Of a stretch of DNA of 64,000 bases, positions 23,647-35,400 are shown one piece after another (within the stretch, counting starts at the first letter, position 1; every line of letters begins with the position of its first letter). The notes under the pieces were generated by a model. The model saw only the letters and a program-made list of their open reading frames with translations. It searched no databases and was not told the DNA's origin. The DNA lies in the NCBI RefSeq assembly GCF_006345805.1, contig NC_043004.1, forward strand, positions 49,104,001 through 49,168,000, read 5' to 3'. The DNA comes from Octopus sinensis (lineage: Eukaryota). Position numbers and translations under genes: made by a program.

Positions 23647-24551
23647 GAGGGTGCGGGGAATATATTGTCGTCTTAATTACGCAAAAATGAAAATAACACT
23701 GACGTCTCATTTTAGCAGATACATTTACCAAAATTATATAAAAGATATCTTGAAATACTAAAGAGTAAATTTATTCAATAAAATCACCATTGGCTTCAAT
23801 TACGGCCTCTAGACGACTTCGGAATCTCCTGCAACTCTTCTAGGCGGTCTACTTGTTTAAGTTGGTGGATGCTGCCATAATCCTTATCTTCAGTTCATCT
23901 TTGGTGTTACAAGGAGTTTTGTTGGTCTCTCGCTCATCTGCGCCCTACACATAATAATCAACGTGGTTTCAGTCTAGGGAGTTAGGTGGCCAGATGTTAG
24001 GGGTCATGTGATCGCAGATATTGTGTGACAGCCATGACTAGGTTCTCCTGCTTGTGTGGCATGGTGCTGAGTCTTGTTGCCAGATATAGGGTCTTCCAGC
24101 AGCCCCCTTCTTGACTCAGGGCAGCACTACCTCCTCCAGTCTTTTGATGTTGTCCTCCGTGTTGCGTCAGAGGCTTTGTGGGAAGATGACTAGAGGCATA
24201 ACGACGCCATCACTAGTGATGACTCCAAACAACATGATGTTGACTGGATGTTTGATTTCTATCACTCTCGCTACATGTCCTCAGATTGCACTGTCCTCAG
24301 ACTGACCCCAAATACTCTGAAATGTTCGTATTGGAGCTTCCGGCGCGAATGCCAAGCAGTACAGCATGTCGTTTTCAAATTTCTGGCAGAATGAATTGCG
24401 TCATGGTGCCATTTTTCTCAAAGATGGTGTCCGTCTGACTCTACTATACTGTGTAGTTAACAAAATAAAAAACAAACAATATATATATGCAGGGTGCGAT
24501 AGGTAAATCGTCGCCATTCTATATTTTTAATTTCGAGCATGCGCATTGTTT
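23645..24551 (-). mobile_element. maT-family (DD37D) Tc1/mariner transposon, internally deleted
   Basis: Minus strand RHAVLLGIRAGSSNTNISE, GVITSDG, WQQDSAPCH...WPPNSLD*NHVDYYV with 37 residues between the second and third D. TIR-like CAG(A)GGGTGCG at 23645 and 24490. Confidence 0.85.
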
Positions 24552-24713
24552 ATATGTATGTTGTATGTATGTATGTATGTATGTATGTATGTATATGAGC
24601 GTGCACTAATTAATTGCCAAATATCAATGATAATGCTATTTACGCTGTTTTAGATAGCATGTTCGCACTTACACACACACATCTATGTGCATGTATGCAT
24701 GTGTGTATGTGTG

Positions 24714-25031
24714 AGGGCGCGTGGCTTAGTGGTTAGGGCATTCGGCTCATGATCGTAAGGTTGTGAGTTCGATTCCCGGCGACGCGTTGTGTCCTTGAGC
24801 AAGACACTTTATTTCACGTTGCTCCAGTCCACTCAGCTGGCAAAAATGAGTTGTACTTGTATTTCAAAGGGTCAGCCTTGTCACTCTCTGTGTCACGCTG
24901 ATTATCCCCGAGAACTACGTTAAGGGTACACGTGTCTGTGAAATGCTCAGCCATTTGCACGTTAATTTCACGAGCAAGCTGTTCCGTTGATCGTATCAGC
25001 TGGGACCCTCGTCGTCGTAACCGGCGGAGTC
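24714..25031 (+). mobile_element. SINE family D, full length
   Basis: GGCGCGTGGCTTAGTGG (A box) and GAGTTCGATTCCC (B box), then a conserved body shared with 61137-61421. Confidence 0.9.
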
Positions 25032-25896
25032 TTATTAATTAATGTGTGTATGTATACATATATGTACTAGATATACTTACACGCACACATATATGTTTGT
25101 CTATCTATCTATATATTTCCAGTTTCACAAAGCTTTGCATACGCCAACAATTTAAGTTTTTGGTATTTCCATTTAAGAATGACAGTTGTATGTGCCCTAT
25201 GAACGACGGATTCAGTGTCAACAACTGAAAAAGCGTATCGAAGCAGAAACAAGCTTCTTACATTTCGTTGATATCACTCATTTCCATGCTTGGTGTGTCT
25301 TCACACACACTGCTTTAAAGAGAATTCCTCTTCTTAAATATTGACGGTAGCGAAAGTTTTCCGAAGATGAATATACACTAATGTATTAAACATAAATATA
25401 AACCGTTTTCGCGTTTCTTTAAGTAATTAGTTCCAATTTGACAAAGCTTTGCACACGCCAGCCAATTTAATATTTTCTGTTTACATATAGAAACAATAGT
25501 TCACAATGGACTATAAACAATGGATTCGGTGTCTGTTGCTGATAAAGTGTAACGACGCAGAAAGGCGTTTCATGGAGTTCGATGACGTCATTCATAGCCC
25601 AGTTTGTATGGGTTATGAATGATGTAATATATTCTTTATAATGTGAATTTCTCATCCGTGATATTTACCACAGCGTAGGTCTTTCCGCATTTGAGTGTAT
25701 GGGAACGTGTTAAATACATGTACACTGCTCTACTCCTCTCCCCACCGTCTCTCTCTCTCACTGTACACTTCTCTCTCACTGTCACCTCCTTCTCTCTCAT
25801 ACACTCACACATGCACACATATATATGTATGCATATATATATATAATCATTAGTAACATATATGCATACAAAGATATATTTATGCATGCATATATA

Positions 25897-25939
<43 letters not shown>

Positions 25940-26132
25940 ATATAAATATTAAAATTACTGTTCGAAGGTTATATGGATACAGTTTGTGTATCAAATAGCT
26001 AACTTAAGGCGATGGCCTCATGGAGCTAATAAGCGGACAGCTTTATTCTTATTTTTATAAGAATGCCATATTAGTATGGCGATAACTATATATATATATA
26101 TATATTATATATATTATATATATTATATATAT

Positions 26133-26180
<48 letters not shown>

Positions 26181-27225
26181 GCGTTCAAGGGAAGAAGTAT
26201 TGACTTCAAACTCTAGTTGAGGTGATGCGCTGTGGTTTTATTGATTACCTTGTTTGGAAATCTCTTGTTTGACAGAAGAGACACTCCACCCACATGGGCC
26301 TACGAGTCACCTGCTAGAATTAGCAGCCTATTCTCTCTCTAATCACTTCCTGCAGTCTTATAGGAAAGTGGGTTACATAAGACAATGTTGTCCTAGACGA
26401 ACTATGACTGAAGTTGAAGATGGGATGGCCATATTTGGAACGCCTTCGATCAGCACGGTCAGCACGGTCAGAGCTGAACTTAACAAGTTCGCGCATAACC
26501 ACTTAAGATCTTGGAAAGGCATGAGCATCACCAGAACTTCTACTTGCTTTTTAAAAATATTTCGTTATTAAGATCACCCTATCATGACTATTACATCATC
26601 GACTGAGGTCATTGAGTTGACAGTCATTGAAGAAGCTGTGACGTCATTGACGAACTGATAACGTCATTGACTGGGTGATTGCGTCATGTGTTGTGCTAGA
26701 TTGTTTTCTATGATACCGAACCAGCTTAAGAGAGTGCCAGGTCTTTTTAGGCTTCTATTATAATACTGTTTACACCAAGGACATTTTACAGGAATATTAA
26801 ACCGACCCAGTTTTTGACTGATTCTATTTCTTTTTATAGATCTCAGATTGATAAAAGTCGAAGTTGACCACCAGCTTAGTACACGAAATACCTATTGTTA
26901 TGCGTTTATAAAGTTTTCTTAAATTGAAAAAAATTCCACAAATTTGTTTGAAATATACATATTGAATTGGGTCATATTCAGTGTCTGATTGGTACTTATT
27001 CGGACCAACACGGGAGTATCTACATGATAGTTCTAAACGCTAGAAATAGTAGTCAAACTTCGCTTATATTACACTCTGTCACAGAAAAAGGACACCACTA
27101 AGTACAAAAAAAAAAAAAAAAAGACAAGGTGGTTACTGCTTTCCAGGACAAACTTCGGGGTTTTGAAAACAAATACTGAAAGACACATAATTTGATGATC
27201 ACCCTGGTTTATTAATTACGAGATA

Positions 27226-27445
27226 TCAGGCGGCGGGTTGGCAGAATCGTTAGCTCGCCGGGCAAAATGTTTAGCGGCATTTCGTCCGTCTTTACGTTCT
27301 GAGTTCAAATGCCGCCGAGGTCGACTTTATTTTTCATCTTCGCAGGGCTTATAAAATAAGTATCAGTTGAGTACTGGGGTCAATGTGACTGACTTACCCC
27401 TTCCCCTGAAATTGCTGGCCTTGTGTCAAAATTTGAAGCCATTAA
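27226..27445 (+). mobile_element. SINE family B
   Basis: GGCGGCGGGTTGGCAGAATCG...GAGTTCAAAT head plus central domain. Confidence 0.8.
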
Positions 27446-27464
27446 TTACTAGATTAATAATCCA

Positions 27465-27580
27465 GTGATCTATCGATGAACTATTGATGATCTATCGACG
27501 ATAGAGCTAACACAATTTATCGATGATAGATCCATCATGATTTATAGATGATTGATCTATCATGATCACTCGATGATCTT
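27465..27580. repeat. Degenerate GATGATCTATC-type minisatellite
   Basis: Repeated ATCTATC/GATGAT motifs. Confidence 0.6.
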
Positions 27581-28061
27581 TCGTATTTGTCGCTTTTCCC
27601 ATGAGTGTCTTGTTTGAAGGCAACTTGGGCGCCATCAATAGAAGTTTGAGTGTTCAACTATCATCTATTATGTCTACTAGTTGTTATATTTTTCGCTGTA
27701 GATCATCACCAAACGTGCCTCTACGTGGTCGCTTGACGCGCTAGAAATAGCCACTAAATCTCACTCATAGTCGACTTGGGACTAAACAACAATATAATTT
27801 GTAGCTAAAATAGGTACGATATGTATTTTGAACAACGCAGGAACTTTAAGAGAAAGGCTTTGCACATAAACATATAAGCAGGTTAATCCACATCATTAAT
27901 CTCAACGATACGTAACATGCGTTTTAAACCGTGCCCGAAACCATTATCTTTCTTACATCCCAGCACGTGAATTGCATCACAGTCTATATCATACACTCGC
28001 CAAAGTTTGTATCTTGTATCATATATATATAGCATTGCCTGCACATTACATCATAGCTTGT

Positions 28062-28366
28062 GGAGGCACATGGCCTAGTGGTTAGAACAACGGACTCACG
28101 GTCGAGGGATCGTGGGTTCGAATCTCAGACCGGGCGATGTGTGTGCTTATGAGCGAAACACCTAAGCTCCGCGCAGCTCCGGCAGAAGGTAATGGCGAAA
28201 CTTCTGCTGATTCTTTCGCCACAACTTTCTCTCACTCTTTCCTCCTGCATCTTGCAGCTATCCTGCCATTTACCGGCGTCCCATCCAGGTGGGGAACCTA
28301 TACGTCATGAAACCGGGAAACCGGCCCTTATGAGCCAGGCATGGCTCGAGAAGGAACAAACAAACA
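28062..28366 (+). mobile_element. SINE family C with 14-bp target-site duplication
   Basis: GGAGGCACATGGCCTAGTGG...GGTTCGAATC head. ACATCATAGCTTGT occurs at 28048-28061 and 28367-28380. Confidence 0.9.
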
Positions 28367-29409
28367 ACATCATAGCTTGTATCTTATGTCAGTATGTTTA
28401 TGATATGATAGCCTGTTTCTATTAAAGTGCGTTTCCTTATATCATGATGTTTTGTGTATTGTGTCAATGTAGTATTTTGCATCGTAGCATGTATTATTAT
28501 GTCATAGTGTGTGTGTTACATCATAGCCAATATGTTAGGTATACATACGTATGTCATATTATAGTCTGAACATTATGTCGTAGTGAATATCTTACGTCAT
28601 AGTGTGTATCTTACACAATAGAGTTACACCAAAGCCTATATCTTATGTGTGTAGAATACACCAAAGCTTATATCTTACGAAAATAGTAGATATCTTACAT
28701 AGTAGTCTGTATCTTACTATATATTCTGTTTCTCACCTTCTCATCGGTCTCATCATAAAAAAATTAAATAATTTAGGAATTATTCTTTGAAGTTTATATT
28801 TGAGTAATTTAAAAACTAGAACTGATCAGTTAAGGTTAAACTTATATATACTTCTGCTATTCATCAAAAGCTGGTTGGTGTGTGTCTTAACTCACTTATT
28901 TGTTGGGGGTACCACAGTAAACGACCAGCCTTTGTTTAGTATATTTTAAGTATATCAAGTTGGAGAAACTCACCTTTTACTCCCGGGAAGAGTTAAAAAT
29001 CAGCGCAAACGAAATATTGGTTTGTTACTTCTTTATAGCTGGATAGGTTGGCCTATTTTATAGCTAAGGAGAATTCGTGAATATTTGATAAGTTTAATGG
29101 CTATGTGGAACTGAAAATCTATGATTTCAGGGTCTTTCCCTTTACCAGGAAAAGTTGTTACCTGGAAAACAACTTAGTCTTTTTTTTTTTTACCAACAGT
29201 TATTTAAGTAATCGACCTTAAAAGAACGCTCCTTCTGAATTAATGTTGCTGAGAGAGACTTGTAGCAGTTTTCTCGGATTTTGTACGCTAACTTATACTA
29301 AAGTTAATTAAATTGGACACGGGCAAGCACAAATCACAACATAATAGCAGCGGCAGGTTGCGAGAGCCAGACATCTTGCCTGATTGTCCAGTAACATTTT
29401 GATCAGGAC

Positions 29410-32400
29410 GTGGATATAGGAATAATCGTTAGAGCGACAGATACAGGAATAATCATTAGAGAATCGGATATAGGGATCGTCATTAGTGCGTCGGATACAG
29501 GAATAATCATTAGAGCATCGGATATAGGAATCGTCGTTAGTGCATCGGATACAGGAATAATCATTAGAGCATCGGATGTAGGAATCGTCGTTAGTGCGTC
29601 GGATACAGGAATAATCATTAGAGCATCGGATATAGGAATCGTCATTAGTGCGTCGGATACAGGAATAATCATTAGAGCATCGGATATAGGAATCGTCATT
29701 AGTGCGTCGGATACAGGAAAAATCATTAGAGCATCGGATATAGGAATCGTCATTAGTGCGTCGGATACAGGAATAATCATTAGAGCATCGGGTATAGGAA
29801 TCGTCATTAGTGCATCGGATACAGGAATAATCATTAGAGCATCGGATATAGGAATCGTCATTAGTGCGTCGGATACAGGAAAAATCATTAGAGCATCGGG
29901 TATAGGGATCGCCATTAGTGCGTCGGATACAGGAATAATCATTAGAGCATCGGATATAGGAATCGTCATTAGTGTGTCGGATACAGGAATAATCATTAGA
30001 GCATCGGGTATAGGAATCGTCATTAGTGCGTCGGATACAGGAATAATCATTAGAGCATCGGGTATAGGAATCGTCATTAGCGCGTCGGATACAGGAATAA
30101 TCATTAGAGCATCGGATATAGGAATCGTCATTAGTGTGTTGGATACAGGAATAATCATTAGAGCATCGGGTATAGGAATCGTCATTAGTGCGTCGGATAC
30201 AGGAATAATCATTAGAGCATCGGGTATAGGAATCGTCATTAGTGTGTCGGATACAGGAATAATCATTAGAGCATCGGGTACAGGAATCGTCATTAGTGCG
30301 TCGGATACAGGAATAATCATTGGAGCATCGGGTATAGGAATCGTTATTAGTGCATCGGATATAGGAATAATCATTAGAGCATCGGGTATAGGAATCGTCA
30401 TTAGTGCGTCGGATACAGGAATAATCATTAGAGCATCGGGTATAGGAATCGTCATCAGCGTGTCGGATACAGGAATAATCATTAGAGCATCGGGTATAGG
30501 AATCGTCATTAGTGTGTCGGATACAGGAATAATCATTAGGGCATCGGGTATAGGAATCGTCATTAGTGCGTCGGATACAGGAATAATCATTAGAGCATCG
30601 GGTATAGGAATCGTCATTAGTGCGTCGGATACAGGAATAATCATTAGAGCATCGGGTATAGGAATCGTCATTAGCGCGTCGGATACAGGAATAATCATTA
30701 GAGCATCGGGTATAGGAATCGTCATTAGTGTGTCGGATACAGGAATAATCATTAGAGCATCGGGTATAGGAATCGTCATTAGTGCGTCGGATACAGGAAT
30801 AATCATTAGAGCATCGGGTATAGGAATCGTCATAAGTGCGTCGGATACAGGAATAATCATTAGAGCATCGGGTATAGGAATCGTCATAAGTGCGTCGGAT
30901 ACAGGAATAATCATTAGAGCATCGGGTATAGGAATCGTCATTAGTGTGTCGGATACAGGAATAATCATTAGAGCATCGGGTATAGGAATCGTCATTAGTG
31001 CGTCGGATACAGGAATAATCATTAGAGCATCGGGTATAGGAATCGTCATTAGTGCGTCGGATACAGGAATAATCATTAGAGCATCGGGTATAGGAATCGT
31101 CATTAGTGCGTCGGATACAGGAATAATCATTAGAGCATCGGGTATAGGAATCGTCATTAGTGCGTCGGATCGGATACAGGAATAATCATTAGAGCATCGG
31201 GTATAGGAATCGTCATTAGCGCGTCGGATACAGGAATAATCATTAGAGCATCGGGTATAGGAATCGTCATTAGTGCGTCGGATACAGGAATAATCATTAG
31301 AGCATCGGGTATAGGAATCGTCATTAGTGCGTCGGATACAGGAATAATCATTGGAGCATCGGGTATAGGAATCGTCATTAGTGCATCGGATATAGGAATA
31401 ATCATTAGAGCATCGGGTATAGGAATCGTCATTAGTGCGTCGGATAAAGGAATAATCATTAGAGCATCGGGTATAGGAATCGTCATTAGTGCGTCGGATA
31501 CAGGAATAATCATTAGAGCATCGGGTATAGGAATCGTCATTAGTGCGTCGGATAGAGGAATAATCATTAGAGCATCGGGTATAGGAATCGTCATTAGTGT
31601 GTCGGATACAGGAATAATCATTAGAGCATCGGGTATAGGAATCGTCATTAGCGCGTCGGATACAGGAATAATCATTAGAGCATCGGGTATAGAATCGTCA
31701 TTAGCGCGTCGGACACAGGAATAATCATTAGAGCATCGGGTATAGGAATCGTCATTAGCGCGTCGGATACAGGAATAATCATTAGAGCATCGGGTATAGG
31801 AATCGTCATTAGCGCGTCGGATACAGGAATAATCATTAGAGCATCGGGTATAGGAATCGTCATTAGTGCGTCGGATACAGGAATAATCATTAGAGCATCG
31901 GGTATAGGAATCGTCATTAGTGCGTCGGATACAGGAATAATCATTGGAGCATCGGGTATAGGAATCGTCATTAGTGCATCGGATATAGGAATAATCATTA
32001 GAGCATCGGGTATAGGAATCGTCATTAGTGCGTCGGATACAGGAATAATCATTAGAGCATCGGGTATAGGAATCGTCATTAGCGTGTCGGATACAGGAAT
32101 AATCATTAGAGCATCGGGTATAGGAATCGTCCTTAGTGCGTCGGATACAGGAATAATCATTAGAGCATCGGGTATAGGAATCGTCATTAGTGCGTCGGAT
32201 ACAGGAATAATCATTAGAGCATCGGGTATAGGAATCGTCATTAGCGCGTCGGATACAGGAATAATCATTAGAGCATCGGGTATAGGAATCGTCATTAGCG
32301 CGTCGGATACAGGAATAATCATTAGAGCATCGGGTATAGGAATCGTCATTAGTGCGTCGGATACAGGAATAATCATTACAGCATCGGGTATAGGAATCGT

Positions 32401-35400
32401 CATTAGTGCGTCGGATACAGGAATAATCATTAGAGCATCGGGTATAGGAATCGTCATTAGCGCGTCGGATACAGGAATAATCATTAGAGCATCGGGTATA
32501 GGAATCGTCATTAGTGCGTCGGATACAGGAATAATCATTAGAGCATCGGGTATAGGAATCGTCATTAGTGCGTCGGATACAGGAATAATCATTAGAGCAT
32601 CGGGTATAGGAATCGTCATTAGTGCGTCGGATACAGGAATAATCATTAGAGCATCGGGTATAGGAATCGTCATTAGTGCGTCGGATACAGGAATAATCAT
32701 TAGAGCATCGGGTATAGGAATCGTCATTAGTGTGTCGGATACAGGAATAATCATTAGAGCATCGGGTATAGGAATCGTCATTAGCGCGTCGGATACAGGA
32801 ATAATCATTAGAGCATCGGGTATAGGAATCGTCATTAGCGCGTCGGACACAGGAATAATCATTAGAGCATCGGGTATAGGAATCGTCATTAGTGCGTCGG
32901 ATACAGGAATAATCATTAGAGCATCGGGTATAGGAATCGTCATTAGTGCGTCGGATACAGGAATAATCATTAGAGCATCGGGTATAGGAATCGTCATTAG
33001 TGCGTCGGGTACAGGAATAATCATTAGAGCATCGGGTATAGGAATCGTCATTAGTGCGTCGGATACAGGAATAATCATTAGAGCATCGGGTATAGGAATC
33101 GTCATTAGTGTGTCGGATACAGGAATAATCATTTGAGCATCGGGTATAGGAATCGTCATTAGTGTATCGGATACAGGAATAATCATTAGAGCATCGGGTA
33201 TAGGAATCGTCATTAGCGCGTCGGATACAGGAATAATCATTAGAGCATCGGGTATAGGAATCGTCATTAGCGCGTCGGATACAGGAATAATCATTAGAGC
33301 ATCGGGTATAGGAATCGTCATTAGTGTGTCGGATACAGGAATAATCATTAGAGCATCGGTTATACGAATCGTCATTAGCGCGTCGGATACAGGAATAAAA
33401 TTAGAGCATCGGGTATAGGAATCGTCATTAGCGCGTCGGATACAGGAATAATCATTAGAGCATCGGGTATAGGAATCGTCATTAGCGCGTCGGATACAGG
33501 AATAATCATTAGAGCATCGGGTATAGGAATCGTCATTAGTGTGTCGGATACAGGAATAATCATTAGAGCATCGGGTATAGGAATCGTCATTAGTGCGTCG
33601 GATACAGGAATAATCATTAGAGCATCGGGTATAGGAATCGTCATTAGCGCGTCGGATACAGGAATAATCATTAGAGCATCGGGTATAGGAATCGTCATTA
33701 GCGCGTCGGATACAGGAATAATCATTAGAGCATCGGGTATAGGAATCGTCATTAGTGCGTCGGATACAGGAATAATCATTAGAGCATCGGGTATAGGAAT
33801 CGTCATTAGTGTGTCGGATACAGGAATAATCATTAGAGCATCGGGTATAGGAATCGTCATTAGTGTGTCGGATACAGGAATAATCATTAGAGCATCGGGT
33901 ATAGGAATCGTCATTAGTGTGTCGGATACAGGAATAATCATTAGAGCATCGGGTATAGGAATCGTCATTAGTGGTGTCGGATACAGGAATAATCATTAGA
34001 GCATCGGGTATAGGAATCGTCATTAGCGCGTCGGATACAGGAATAATCATTAGTGCATCGGGTATAGGAATCGTCATTAGTGCGTCGGATACAGGAATAA
34101 TCATTAGAACATCGGGTATAGGAATCGTCATTAGTGCGTCGGATACAGGAATAATCATTAGAGCATCGGGTATAGAATCGTCATTAGTGTGTCGGATACA
34201 GGAATAATCATTAGAGCATCGGGTATAGGAATCGTCATTAGTGCGTCGGATACGGAATAATCATTAGAGCATCGGGTATAGGAATCGTCATTAGTGCGTC
34301 GGATACAGGAATAATCATTAGAGCATCGGGTATAGGAATCGTCATTAGTGCGTCGGATACAGGAATAATCATTAGAGCATCGGGTATAGGAATCGTCATT
34401 AGTGCGTCGGATACAGGAATAATCATTAGAGCATCGGGTATAGGAATCGTCATTAGTGTGTCGGATACAGGAATAATCGTTAGGGCATCGGGTATAGGAA
34501 TCGTCATTAGTGCGTCGGATACAGGAATAATAATTAGAGCATCGGGTATAGGAATCGTCATTAGTGCGTCGGATACAGGAATAATCATTAGAGCATCGGG
34601 TATAGGAATCGTCATTAGTGCGTCGGGTACAGGAATAATCATTAGAGCATCGGGTATAGGAATCGTCATTAGTGCGTCGGATACAGGAATAATCATTAGA
34701 GCATCGGGTATAGGAATCGTCATTAGTGTTCGGATACAGGAATAATCATTTGAGCATCGGTATAGGAATCGTCATTAGTGTATCGGATACAGGAATAATC
34801 ATTAGAGCATCGGGTATAGGAATCGTCATTAGCGCGTCGGATACAGGAATAATCATTAGAGCATCGGGTATAGGAATCGTCATTAGCGCGTCGGATACAG
34901 GAATAATCATTAGAGCATCGGGTATAGGAATCGTCATTAGTGTGTCGGATACAGGAATAATCATTAGAGCATCGGTTATACGAATCGTCATTAGCGCGTC
35001 GGATACAGGAATAATCATTAGAGCATCGGGTATAGGAATCGTCATTAGCGCGTCGGATACAGGAATAATCATTAGAGCATCGGGTATAGGAATCGTCATT
35101 AGCGCGTCGGATACAGGAATAATCATTAGAGCATCGGGTATAGGAATCGTCATTAGTGTGTCGGATACAGGAATAATCATTAGAGCATCGGGTATAGGAA
35201 TCGTCATTAGTGCGTCGGATACAGGAATAATCATTAGAGCATCGGGTATAGGAATCGTCATTAGCGCGTCGGATACAGGAATAATCATTAGAGCATCGGG
35301 TATAGGAATCGTCATTAGCGCGTCGGATACAGGAATAATCATTAGAGCATCGGGTATAGGAATCGTCATTAGTGCGTCGGATAGAGGAATAATCATTAGA

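Noticed and set aside
24714-24790. tRNA genes at SINE heads (also 28062, 60043, 60807)
   Set aside because: A/B boxes are present but there is no closed cloverleaf or terminator, and each continues into a multi-copy SINE body.
26250-26570. LILAGDS*AHVG on the minus strand, like the APE endonuclease GDFNAHVG motif
   Set aside because: A single degenerate motif with stops all around; insufficient to call a LINE.
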